DNA of 64,000 nucleotides from Eledone cirrhosa (Eukaryota). Below the pieces are notes generated by a model, which made no database searches, was not told the origin of the DNA, and saw only the letters and a list, made by a program, of their open reading frames with translations. A program made the translations under genes and the position numbers. Location: positions 52,514,001 through 52,578,000 of the forward strand of contig OZ024749.1 in assembly GCA_964016885.1 (NCBI GenBank), in the 5' to 3' direction. This document shows positions 1-12,594 of this stretch, piece by piece; within the stretch, counting starts at the first letter, position 1; each line of letters opens with the position of its first letter.

Positions 1-1687
1 CATGTATATGTATGTCTGTGAGTGTGTATGACTGTCTATGTATATATGTATGTGAGCATGTATATGTATGTCTGTGTGAGTGTGTATGACTGTATGACTG
101 TATATATGTATGTGAGCGTGTATATGTATGTCTGTGTGAGTGTGTATGACTGTGTCTATGTATATATGTATGTGAGCGTGTATATGTATGTCTGTGAGTG
201 TGTATGACTGTGTCTATGTATATATGTATGTGAGCATGTATATGTATGTCTGTGAGTGTGTATGACTGTGTCTATGTATATATGTATGTGAGCGTGTATA
301 TGTATGTCTGTGTGAGTGTGTATGACTGTGTCTATGTATATATGTATGTGAGCGTGTATATGTATGTCTGTGTGAGTGTGTATGACTGTGTCTATGTATA
401 TATGTATGTGAGCGTGTATATGTATGTCTGTGTGAGTGTGTATGACTGTGTCTATGTATATATGTATGTGAGCGTGTATATGTATGTCTGTGTGAGTGTG
501 TATGACTGTGTCTATGTATATATGTATGTGAGCATGTATATGTATGTCTGTGTGAGTGTGTATGACTGTGTCTATGTATATATGTATGTGAGCGTGTATA
601 TGTATGTCTGTGTGAGTGTGTATGACTGTGTCTATGTATATATGTATGTGAGCATGTATATGTATGTCTGTGTGAGTGTGTATGACTGTGTCTATGTATA
701 TATGTATGTGAGCGTGTATATGTATGTCTGTGTGAGTGTGTATGACTGTATGACTGTATATATGTATGTGAGCATGTATATGTATGTCTGTGTGAGTGTG
801 TATGACTGTATGACTGTATATATGTATGTGAGCGTGTATATGTATGTCTGTGTGAGTGTGTATGACTGTGTCTATGTATATATGTATGTGAGCGTGTATA
901 TGTATGTCTGTGTGAGTGTGTATGACTGTGTCTATGTATATATGTATGTGAGCGTGTATATGTATGTCTGTGTGAGTGTGTATGACTGTGTCTATGTATA
1001 TATGTATGTGAGCGTGTATATGTATGTCTGTGTGAGTGTGTATGACTGTGTCTATGTATATATGTATGTGAGCGTGTATATGTATGTCTGTGTGAGTGTG
1101 TATGACTGTGTCTATGTATATATGTATGTGAGCATGTATATGTATGTCTGTGAGTGTGTATGACTGTGTCTATGTATATATGTATGTGAGCGTGTATATG
1201 TATGTCTGTGTGAGTGTGTATGACTGTATGACTGTATATATGTATGTGAGCGTGTATATGTATGTCTGTGTGAGTGTGTATGACTGTGTCTATGTATATA
1301 TGTATGTGAGCGTGTATATGTATGTCTGTGTGAGTGTGTATGACTGTCTATGTATATATGTATGTGAGCGTGTATATGTATGTCTGTGTGAGTGTGTATG
1401 ACTGTGTCTATGTATATATGTATGTGAGCGTGTATATGTATGTCTGTGTGAGTGTGTATGACTGTGTCTATGTATATATGTATGTGAGCATGTATATGTA
1501 TGTCTGTGAGTGTGTATGACTGTGTCTATGTATATATGTATGTGAGCGTGTATATGTATGTCTGTGTGAGTGTGTATGACTGTATGACTGTATATATGTA
1601 TGTGAGCGTGTATATGTATGTCTGTGTGAGTGTGTATGACTGTATGACTGTATATATGTATGTGAGCGTGTATATGTATGTCTGTGA
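1..1687. repeat. 60-bp minisatellite (~28 copies, runs off window start)
   Basis: Unit TGTATGTCTGTGTGAGTGTGTATGACTGTGTCTATGTATATATGTATGTGAGCGTGTATA repeats in register with the 60-nt lines, with occasional 2-nt slips. Confidence 0.97.
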
Positions 1688-1738
1688 AAGAACTGTTTAT
1701 ATTTCTCACATTCCCTAACATAGTTTCATTTAAGGGAG

Positions 1739-2232
1739 TATATATATATATGTATATATATATATATAATATATATATATATATAATATATATATATATA
1801 TATAATATATATATATATAATATATATATATATACATATAGAGAGAGAGAGAGAGACCCCTGTCTCCGCAAAAGATTGAGCAAAAGCAATATATATATAT
1901 ATAAATACACACACACAACACATATATATATATATATAATATATATATATAAATACACACACACATACACATATATATATATATATAATATATATATATA
2001 AATACACACACACAACACATATATATATATAAATATACACTCACACATATATATATATATATAATATATATATATATATAAACACACATACACATATATA
2101 TATATATATAATATATATATATAAACACATATATATATATATATAATATATAAACACACATATATAGATATTTATATATATATATATATACACACATATA
2201 TAGATATTTATATTTATATATATATATATACA
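1739..2232. repeat. compound (TA)n/(GA)n/(CA)n microsatellite
   Basis: Directly visible dinucleotide tracts. Confidence 0.95.
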
Positions 2233-2233
2233 T

Positions 2234-2318
2234 ATCGTTTATCTTCCACGCTAGCATGGGTTAGATGGGAGTTGTTCCAATTTGAGGCAAGGTTGGTTGG
2301 GTGACCGTGTCTCGCTCT
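2234..2318 (-). mobile_element. RTE-type 3' tail fragment (SINE/LINE end)
   Basis: Reverse complement contains TCTAACCCATGCTAGCGTGGAAGA, matching the LINE 3' end at 36375-36427; sister fragment at 58680-58770. Confidence 0.7.
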
Positions 2319-2344
2319 TATATATATATTATACACACACACAC

Positions 2345-2390
<46 letters not shown>

Positions 2391-2829
2391 GCATATTGTT
2401 AAAGAAAACAAAGCAAGAAGTGAAGGAAGATAAAAAGATAATGAAGTGATTTAGTAGCTTAAAGAAGGAATCTTACAGGACTGAACCTTATTTAATTGAA
2501 TTTCAAGAATACTATTTCAGGTGTAACAAGAAAATAGGACAGGAGGTGTGTAAGGTCAGATATCACCCCTCCTTACTTTCTCTTTTCCATACCACCCATG
2601 ACATCCACAACTTTCCCTTATAAAGGGTGTATTTACAATGCTCTGTGCCCCCCCCCCCCCCCCTGCACAGATGGTGTCTGTGTGTGGGTGAACATTACAT
2701 TTATTGTATAAATCTGTTTTAAGCTGTTCTGTATGTTTGCAAGCTATTTAAAAATGTATTAATCCTTTTGATAGCAAATCCTTTGAAAACACCCCCAGAA
2801 ATATGATAATAAAAGGGTTAATATTGTTG

Positions 2830-2975
2830 GCTATTTAGAGCGTCAGACAAAATAAGTTGCTGTATTTAGTTAAAACTCTTTTAAGTTCTTTCTAAGTTCA
2901 AATCTTGCCAAGGTCAACTTTGCTTTTCATCCATAAGTTGTTGGTAAAATAATATACCAGTCAAATACTGGGTCA
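2830..2975 (+). mobile_element. tRNA-derived SINE, type B (Deu/Nin-like central domain), degenerate
   Basis: B-box-like AGTTCAAATC followed by GGTCAACTTTGCTTTTCATCC...GTAAAATAATATACCAGT, shared with copies at 10250, 26644, 36470 and 63260. Confidence 0.7.
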
Positions 2976-3484
2976 ATTTAACCCTTTCATTCACCGTAGT
3001 TCTAACCATGACCCTCTTGTCTCATTTTCAAGAATAAGGTATCTGTGACTACATTATTCACTGTATCTGGCCCAAGGTTTTAGAAAACAAGGTTACCCCT
3101 TTAATTCTAACCCAGTCAACTCTAGTTCTATGAAACAAAACCTCCCATTTTAAAGGATTCCTATTAAAATTAAAATCTTCTAACAATTTCATACCAGAAC
3201 CATATGTGAAATTATCATGTTAGTAATTATTTGATTAATAAATAAATTAATTAATTGAAATATAGTGTATGGCATTAGAAATATGTATTCAAATACACTC
3301 TTGCTTCATCTCGATCAGAGACGACATAGTTTTGTTATATTTCTCTTTACAGTTGTCATGACCTAGGTGGGCCCCAGCCAGATTTTTTCCAGTAAAATGA
3401 CTATTTTTTAAACAAACATTTATCAACAACACATATCTGAATGATTGACAAACATCACATCAATAAACTAGTAACCCCATCTAG

Positions 3485-3627
3485 CTTTGAAGCTATGAAC
3501 TGTTTGAAACAAGTTCATAACTTTGAAGCTATGAACTGTTTGAAACAAGTTCATAACTTTGAAGTTATGAACTGTTGGAAACAAGTTCATAACTTTGAAC
3601 GCTTTTCCAACAGTTCATAACTTCAAA
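3485..3627. repeat. 36-bp self-complementary tandem repeat (x3) plus an inverted partial copy
   Basis: CTTTGAAGCTATGAACTGTTTGAAACAAGTTCATAA x3, then TTCCAACAGTTCATAACTTCAAA in reverse orientation; a piggyBac-like end (AAGAGGTTAA) lies at ~3662. Confidence 0.8.
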
Positions 3628-4019
3628 CATATTAGGATGGGTTATCTCGTCTACGGCACTTAAGAGGTTAAGAGGAACCAAGGGCTAAAACACTTGCTTG
3701 CTGGGAGTTCTTCCTCTGAAGATCCTCATGTTGTTCCCTCACCCTGCTGCCATTTTCTCCCACCCTGGTACTATCATTTATCATATCTCTGCTCTTCTCT
3801 CCATATTCTGAAGCAGGTGAAGTGAAATAAACTCCAGATATATGTCACGTGTGGCACATTACCAAATTGACAAATTAATTATTCAGCAGCGGAAATATTT
3901 TTGGAGAAATGCCATTCTTTCAAATTTCTGTTCTTACATTTGTAGTTATTGTCAAAGAACTTAACATGTGAGCAGAGTTGGCTGAAAGACTTGTTTCTCA
4001 TTGGTCAATTGTAAATTGG

Positions 4020-4390
4020 TGGTGGGGATGATGGTATCGTGGGGGTGGGGATGATGGTATCGTGGGGGTGGGGATGATGGTATCGTGGGGGTGGGGATGA
4101 TGTCATGGTGGTGGAGACTGTGGTGGTGGGGATGATGGTATCATGGAGGTGGGGGTGATGTCATGGCAGCAATGGCGGCTGGTAGTGGTGATGTGGTGGT
4201 GGTGGTGGTGGATGATGGTATCGTCGGGGGTGATGTCGTGGCAGCAATGGTAGTTGCTAGTGGTGATGTGGTGGTGGTGGCGGTGGTGGTGGTTAGGGGG
4301 CTGATGTTGTGGTGGTGATTGGTTGGTAGCTGCAATTGTGCTGGAGGTGGTGGTGGTGGTGGTGTGAAGGGGGTGTGGTGGTGGAGGTGG
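4020..4390. repeat. 23-bp G-rich repeat grading into (GGT)n
   Basis: GTGGGGGTGGGGATGATGGTATC x3-4, then GGT-rich sequence. Confidence 0.85.
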
Positions 4391-4687
4391 CAACATAAGT
4401 GTTATGGACACCTTGTGGTGTGGTGCAGTGCGGTACCATGTATACATGCAAATATATATACACCTGCATCGCGTGTCTTGAGGGCCTCCGAGATATATGT
4501 CTGGCTTCACCCTGCTTCATTGTTCCTATTGTTGTTGTTGTTGTTATCACTGTTGTTGTTGTTGTTGTTGTTATCACTGTTCCTGTTGTTGTTGTTTTAT
4601 GAATAATCTACATTCCAAATAAAATGAGATGTCAAGTAGACAAGCATTTCCAGAAGAAAAAAATCCCTTTTCTGTTTTATACAGCAT

Positions 4688-4725
<38 letters not shown>

Positions 4726-5289
4726 TACATAAATCCATACATATATACATACATACATGCATAGATGCATGCATATATATATATATACACACACACACAC
4801 ACTCACATACATGCATATGTGTGTGTGTGTCTTTCTCTCTCTACATATATATACACATACATAATATATATATATATATACACACATGTATGTACATGAC
4901 ATATATATATGATAGATATCATTAATGTATGGCAATACTTGATGTGATGGTTTTGTGAGATATTACCTTACAGCATACGATTATGTTAATAGAACCTACA
5001 GTTCTACATTGAATGTCTGTCATAATGGAATTGGTGAGGCTTTCACGTATATTGTCTTATTTAGTTTGGCTGTAAAATAATGGAATGGCATTCTGCTGAC
5101 AAAATAATGTAATGGCATTCTCATGATAAAATGGTGGAATGGCATTCTGATGACAATATGGTGGAATGGTTCTCATAACAAAATGGTGGAATCGCTCTAA
5201 CAAAATGGTGGAATCGCTCTAACAAAATGGTGGAATGGTTCTGACAAAATGGTGGAATGGTTCTGATAATAAAATATATATGCTATAGT

Positions 5290-5985
5290 TTCAGTCATGT
5301 GATTAAGATGTTTACTTTGCAATTTGCAACTATCTGTTTTTAGTTTCAGTCACATTGAATGACATTGGGCAAGTTTCTTCTACTATAGTTGTGGGTTGAC
5401 CAATGTCCTCTGTATAGATATAGTTGTGGGTTGACCAATGTCCTGTCTATAGATATAGTTGGTACAATCTACTACTATAGTTGTGGGTTGACCAATGTCC
5501 TCTGTATAGATATAGTTGGTACAATCTACTACTATAGTTGTGGGTTGACCAATGTCCTGTCTATAGATATAGTTGGTACAATCTACTACTATAGTTGTGG
5601 GTTGACCAATGTCCTGTCTATAGATATAGTTGGTACAATCTACTACTATAGTTGTGGGTTGACCAATGTCCTGTCTATAGATATAGTTGGTACAATCTAC
5701 TACTATAGTTGTGAGTTGACCAATGTCCTGTCTATAGATATAGTTGGTACAATCTACTACTATAGTTGTGGGTTGACCAATGTCCTGTCTATAGATATAG
5801 TTGGTACAATCTACTACTATAGTTGTGGGTTGACCAATGTCCTGTCTATAGATATAGTTGGTACAATCTACTACTATAGTTGTGGGTTGACCAATGTCCT
5901 GTCTATAGATATAGTTGGTACAATCTACTACTATAGTTGTGGGTTGACCAATGTCCTGTGTATAGATTTAGTTGACAGAAACTTC
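5290..5985 (+). mobile_element. tRNA-derived SINE, type C, split by an internal 57-bp array
   Basis: TTGGGCAAGTTTCTTCTACTATAG before the array and GATTTAGTTGACAGAAACT after it; homologous to 27900-28035 (+) and 6933-7100 (-). Confidence 0.7.
5383..5967. repeat. 57-bp minisatellite (~10 copies)
   Basis: Unit ACTATAGTTGTGGGTTGACCAATGTCCTGTCTATAGATATAGTTGGTACAATCTACT; 19-aa periodicity in ORF 5389..6042. Confidence 0.95.
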
Positions 5986-6584
5986 ATAGGAGGTTTCTCT
6001 GGTATTTTAATGATAGGGGTGCAAATCATGTTGTCATTATAGCTCACACACATGCAAGTGTAGCTGACCTCCTACATGGCTGCATCTTATAGGAGGTGTC
6101 TTTACCATATATGATCACTGCTGTTGGAACCTTGACAAAGTCTGCAGTGGACATCTGTAATTACCATATATGGATGTCTTGTGTTTGTGAAGCTGTGAAT
6201 GACCTGGTTGGAGCCAATTCAACCCATTTTTGACATGAACTCTGACATATATAAGGTAGAAGTTTATTCTAGAATACCTGTATTTCTTTAGTATTCCAGT
6301 GAGATTGTGAGCAACTGAGGCAGGAATGGGACAGGGGGAGTTCTTTGACCTATTTTAGGGGGGAGAAAACAATGCTCATTAGAGCTTGTTGCAATTAAAT
6401 TAGTGCCATTTCCTTTGAGTTTGGCTCCAAGAAATTTCACAAGAATAACAACATAAGCTTGCTTGGTTAGAGTGCAAAATCTTTCTGGCTAATCTCATTT
6501 TCTTCTTGGGTGCCTTTTTAATATTAAATTAGTTTTGTTATTACATTAATGTTTTTTTGTTTTTTTTTGTTTTTTTTTGTTTTA

Positions 6585-6652
<68 letters not shown>

Positions 6653-6932
6653 GGAGATGCTTTCTTTCTCCTTGTTTTGGTTTTGTTTTAATTTAATTTT
6701 TTTTTTTATTGTTTCCATTTATTAGTCTATGGCCATGCTGGGGCAATGCTGTAAAGATGTTTAATCGTTCATATCGACCTCAAATACTTATTTTTCAACT
6801 CTGGTGATGATTTTATCAATATCTTTATTTATTTATTTGCCTGGGGGAAAGGGGGTTCTAACCATTAAGTTCCATGATATATACATAGGAACACATACAT
6901 ACATACATACATACATACATACATACACACAT

Positions 6933-7100
6933 GACGGGCTTCAGTAATGTCTGTCTACCAAATTCCATTTACAAGGGATTGATCAACTCAGGGCTACAGT
7001 AGAGGACAGTTGACAAGGGTGTCACACAGTGGGGCAAAACCTGACACCATGTGGTTGCAAAGCTTAATACCTTAACCACACAGCCATACCTGCACCTACA
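6933..7100 (-). mobile_element. tRNA-derived SINE, type C
   Basis: Reverse complement reads GGTGCAGGTATGGCTGTGTGGTTAAG (A-box) ... GGAATTTGGTAGACAGAC...GAAGCCCGTC followed by a (TGTA)n tail. Confidence 0.7.
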
Positions 7101-8410
7101 CTACCACCTTAACCACACAGCCATATCTACACCAATACTACCACCTTAACCACACAGCCATACCTGCACCTATACCACAGCCATACCTACACCTATACTA
7201 CCACCTTAACCACACAGCCATACCACAGCTATACCTACACCAATACTACCACCTTAACCACACAGCCATATCTACACCAATACTACCACCTTAACCACAC
7301 AGCCATACCTGCACCTATACCACAGCCATACCAACACCTATACTACCACCTTAACCACACAGCCATATCTACACCAATACTACCACCTTAACCACACAGC
7401 CATACCTACACCTACACTACCACCTTAACCACACAGCCATATCTACACCAATACTACCACCTTAACCACACAGCCATATCTACACCAATACTACCACCTT
7501 AACCACACAGCCATATCTACACCTATACTACCACCTTAACCACACAGCCATACCTACACCTATACTACCACCTTAACCACACAACCATACCTACACCTAT
7601 ACTACCACCTTAACCACACAGCCATACCTACACCCACACTACCACGTTAACCACACAGCCATACCTACACCCACACTACCACCTTAACTACACAGCCATA
7701 CCAACACCTATACTACCACCTTAACCACACAGCCATACCTACACCTATACTACCACCTTAACCACACAGCCATACCTACACCTATACTACCACCTTAACC
7801 ACACAGCCATACCTACACCTATACTACCACCTTAACCACACAGTCATACCTACACCTATACTACCACCTCAACTACACAGCCATACCAACACCTATACTA
7901 CCACCATAACCACACAGCCATACCTACACCTATACTACCACCTTAACCACACAGTCATACCTACACCTATACTACCACCTTAACCACACAGTCATACCTA
8001 CACCTATACTACCACCTTAACCACACAGCCATACCTACACCTACACTACCACCTCAACCACACAGCCTTACCAACACCTATACTACCACCTTAACCACAC
8101 AGTCATACCTACACCTACACTACCACCTCAACCACACAGCCATACCAACACCTATACTACCACCATAACCACACAGCCATACCTACACCTATACTACCAC
8201 CTTAACCACACAGCCATACCTACACCTATACTACCACCATAACCACACAGCCATACCTACACCTATACTACCACCTTAACCACACAGTCATACCTACACC
8301 TATACTACCACCTTAACCACACAGCCATACCTACACCTATACTACCACCTTAACCACACAGTCATACCTACACCTATACTACCACCTTAACCACACAGTC
8401 ATACCTATGC
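7068..8410. repeat. 37-bp minisatellite (~36 copies)
   Basis: Unit CCACCTTAACCACACAGCCATACCTACACCTATACTA. Confidence 0.95.
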
Positions 8411-8433
8411 TACCTATAGAGAGAAATATACAC

Positions 8434-8493
<60 letters not shown>

Positions 8494-8540
8494 AAATATT
8501 CTACATGTACACACACACACATACACATATACATACACAT

Positions 8541-8589
<49 letters not shown>

Positions 8590-9054
8590 GTGAGGTGGGG
8601 AGGAACTGAGAATAAATATAATTGTTCAGTTGATTGAATCTAAAAATCAGTGCTATGGGATGTGGAGTTTATAACGGTGGTGGTGGTGGTGGTAGAGTCA
8701 GTTGTGGTGGTGGTGGTGTAGCAGTGGTGGTGGTGGTGTAGCAGTGGTGGTGGTGGTGGTGGTGGTGGTGTCAGTTGTAGTGGTGGTGGTGGTGGTGTAG
8801 CAGTGGTGGTAGTGGTGGTAGTAGTAGCAGTGGTGGTGGTGGTGGTAGTAGTAGCAGTGGTGGTGGTGGTGGTAGTAGTAGCAGTGGTGGTGGTGGTGGT
8901 AGCAGTGGTGGTGGTGGTGGTAGTGGTAGCAGTGGTGGTGGTGGTGGTAGTGTCCCAAGATAGAAAGTAAAAGCAAGCAACAATGTCTGGAGTCTGATGG
9001 CTTTGAAAACATCAACATGGAGACATGGAGACATATCTGGTTTTAAAGACATTG

Positions 9055-9806
9055 TTGTGAGGGAGAGGGGGAGGAGTGTGTGCTGTTGTGAGGGAGAGAG
9101 GGGGGGGAGTGTGTGCTGTTGGGAGGGAGAGAGGGGGAGGAGTGTGTGCTGTTGTGAGGGAGAGAGCGGGAGGAGTGTGCTGTTGTGAGGGAGAGAGAGA
9201 GCGGGAGGAGTGTGTGCTGTTGTGAGGGAGAGAGAGAGCGGGAGGAGTATGTGCTGTTGTGAGGGAGAGAGAGAGCGGGAGGAGTGTGTGTTGTTGTGAG
9301 GAAGAGAGAGAGCGGGAGGAGTGTGTGCTGTTGTGAGGGAGAGAGAGAGCGGGAGGAGTGTGTGCTGTTGTGAGGGGGGGGAAGGAGTGTGTGCTGTTGT
9401 GAGGGAGAGGGGGGAGGGGAAGGAGTGTGTGCTGTTGTGAGGGAGAGGGGGGAGGGGAAGGAGTGTGTGCTGTTGTGAGGGAGAGGGGGAGGGGAAGGAG
9501 TGTGTGTTGTTGTGAGGGAGAGGGGGGAGGGGAAGGAGTGTGTGCTGTTGTGAGGGAGAGGGGGGAGGGGAAGGAGTGTGTGCTGTTGTGAGGGAGAGGG
9601 GGGAGGGGAAGGAGTGTGTGCTGTTGTGAGGGAGAGGGGGGAGGGGAAGGAGTGTGTGCTGTTGTGAGGGAGAGGGGGGAGGGGAAGGAGTGTGTTCTGT
9701 TGTGAGGGAGAGGGGGGGAGGGGAAGGAGTGTGTGCTGTTGTGAGGGAGAGGGGGAGGGGAAGGAGTGTGTGCTGTTGTGAGGGAGAGGGGGGGGGAAGG
9801 AGTGTG
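9055..9806. repeat. G-rich ~32-38-bp minisatellite
   Basis: Unit GAGGGAGAGGGGGGAGGGGAAGGAGTGTGTGCTGTTGT. Confidence 0.95.
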
Positions 9807-9861
9807 CCAGTCACAGTATCACAATCCAGTCACACAAGATTTAACACTAGTAACAGTAACA

Positions 9862-10532
9862 CACTCCAGTCACTAGTTATTATTGTGACACAGTCCAGTC
9901 ACTAGTTATTATTGTGACACAGTCCAGTCACTAGTTACAGTGACACAGTCCAGTCACTAGTTACAGCAACAGAGTCCAGTCACTAGTTATTATTGTAACA
10001 CAGTCCAGTCACTAGTTACAGTAACAGAGTCCAGTCACTACTTATTATTGTGACACAGTCCAGTCACTAGTTACAGTAACACAGTCCAGTCACTAGTTAT
10101 TATTGTGACACAATCCAGTCACTAGTTATTATTGTGACACAGTCCAGTCACTAGTTATTATTGTGACACAATCCAGTCACTAGTTATTATTGTGACACAG
10201 TCCAGTCACTAGTTATTATTGTGACACAGTCCAGTTACTATTAGGATTTTGCAGTATCGGTAGAGGATCGGACTCCATGCTTTGACACATGGAGTTACGG
10301 CCCTTTCCAATCTGAGTTCAAATCCCACCGAGGTTAACTTTGCCTTTCATCCTGACGGGGGCCGATAAAATAAAGTACCAGTAATACACTGGAATTATTG
10401 CTGGCCTTGTGCCAATAGTAGAACAATTATTGTAACACAGTCCAGTCACACAATATTTAGCACCAGTTACAGTAACACAGTCCAGTCACTCAGTCCAGTC
10501 ACTAGTTATTGGTGTATCACAGTCCAGTCACA
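9862..10532. repeat. ~26-29-bp minisatellite interrupted by a SINE
   Basis: ACACAGTCCAGTCACTAGTTATTATTGTG units occur on both sides of 10250-10430. Confidence 0.9.
10250..10430 (+). mobile_element. tRNA-derived SINE, type B
   Basis: GCAGTATCGGTAGAG (A-box), GAGTTCAAATCCC (B-box), GAGGTTAACTTTGCCTTTCATCC...GATAAAATAAAGTACCAGT, tail GGCCTTGTGCC. Confidence 0.8.
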
Positions 10533-11087
10533 CAAGATTTCTCTATCATTTAACTTCTATGTCTGTTCCTAAATCATGTTTAATGAACAACTGGGTTATA
10601 TCTCTCTAAAATATATCTGTTGTATACAGCTATTAATTATAACCATTAACACAATATCCTATTGCTGCTGCTATCTAAAGGCTAATTAAAGTCATAATTA
10701 CCAGCTCATGTTATAATTCACTTCTCCCTACATATTCACATATAACCTCTCCTTTTGGTTTTGTTTTGTTTTTATCCTGAGTTCTGTTGTTTACTCTCAA
10801 TTCTAAGAGTTCTGCTGCTGTAATTATGCCAATAATAATCATGAACAATTATATTGGAAGGTTTCTAGATGAATTTAAAGACTTTAAAGTGGGTAGTTTT
10901 GTATTGTAGAACCAGAACTGGTTTCACACAGTTGCTATTGAAACCGTTAAATATGTACCTAACCTTAAACCATACCAGTTAAATACATATTTAGCCCTAA
11001 TTTAGATTAGTTAAATACATATCTAACCCTAATTCATACCAGTTAAATACATATCTAACCTTAATTCAGACTAGTTAAATACTTGAT

Positions 11088-11235
11088 TAAACCCTGTAAC
11101 ATTTACATTACTCTATATATACTATTGTATTTTCATGGTAAACACTTTATCTCACATAATATCATATCTATGAAATTTCATGTTATATATTTTGAGAACA
11201 ATACCTTAACATAAGTATGAGCAGCCAGTTATGGG
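11088..11235 (+). mobile_element. partial copy of the piggyBac-like MITE at 36875-37102
   Basis: ~150 bp of clear similarity (CATTTACATTACTCTATAT...CATGGTAAACACTTTATCT...ATACCTTAACATAAGT). Confidence 0.75.
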
Positions 11236-11319
11236 GGCTTTAGTGGCAATGGTGAGGGCAGTGGTGACTGTGTAGGTGAAGATGGTGGTATCTATGGTGG
11301 CTGTGTGTGCAAATGCATG

Positions 11320-12428
11320 TGTGTATATGGATGTATATTAATACATGTCTGTGTGTGTGTATGGATGTATATTAATGTGTATATGTATGGATGTATATTC
11401 ACGTATGTATGTGTATGGATGTATATTAATACATGTGTGCGTATGGATGTATATTAATGTGTGTATGTATATGTATGGTTCTATATTAATGTGTGTGTGT
11501 ATGTATATTATTGTGTGTATGTGTGTGTATGGATGTATGTTAATATGTGTGTGTATGTATAGATGTATATTAATGTGTGCGTGTGTGTATGGATGTATAT
11601 TAATAATACATGTGTGTATTTATGCATATGGATGTATATTAATGTGTGTATGTATGCATATGGATGTATATTAATAATACGTGTGTATTTATGCATATGG
11701 ATGTATATTAATAATACATGTGTGTATTTATGCATATGGATGTATATTAATGTGTGTATATGTATAGATGTATATTAATACATGTGTGTGTATGCATGTA
11801 TATTAATACATGTGTGTGTATGGATGTATATCAATATATGTGTGTGTATGGATGTATATCAATACATGTGTGTGTATGGATGTATATCAATACATGTGTA
11901 TGTATGGATGTATATCAATACATGTGTGTGTATGGATGTATATCAATACATGTGTGTGTATGGATGTATATCAATACATGTGTGTGTATGGATGTATATT
12001 AATACATGTGTGTGTATGGATGTATATCAATACATGTGTGTGTATGGATGTATATCAATACATGTGTGTGTATGGATGTATATCAATACATGTGTGTGTA
12101 TGGATGTATATCAATACATGTGTGTGTATGGATGTATATTAATACATGTGTGTGTATGGATGTATATTAATACATGTATATGTATGGATGTATATCAATA
12201 CATGTGTGTGTATGGATGTATATCAATACATGTGTGTGTATGGATGTATATCAATACATGTGTGTATGGATGTATATCAATACATGTGTGTGTATGGATG
12301 TATATCAATACATGTGTGTGTATGGATGTATATCAATACACGTGTGTGTATAGATGTATATTAATACATGTGTGTGTATGGATGTATATTAATACATGTG
12401 TGTGTATGGATGTATATCAATACATGTG
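11320..12428. repeat. 28-bp minisatellite
   Basis: Unit ATACATGTGTGTGTATGGATGTATATCA, homogeneous from ~11800. Confidence 0.95.
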
Positions 12429-12594
12429 TGAATGTGTATGTGCTATCAAAAACCAATATGTCTGCCAGCCGTCCTAATTGTCTGATAAATGAATAAATTG
12501 CCATTTAACTCTTTCGCTGATAACCAGTGACCAGAGACTAAATGTTAACTCCCAGGCAGAGGAAATCCTTTGTGAAAATGTTAATTAGGCTACC

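Noticed and set aside
6110-6350. Open minus-strand frame (SKNSPCPIPASVAHNLTGILKKYR...) and a possible exon at ~3700-3810
   Set aside because: No recognisable homology, weak or non-canonical splice sites, phases do not join
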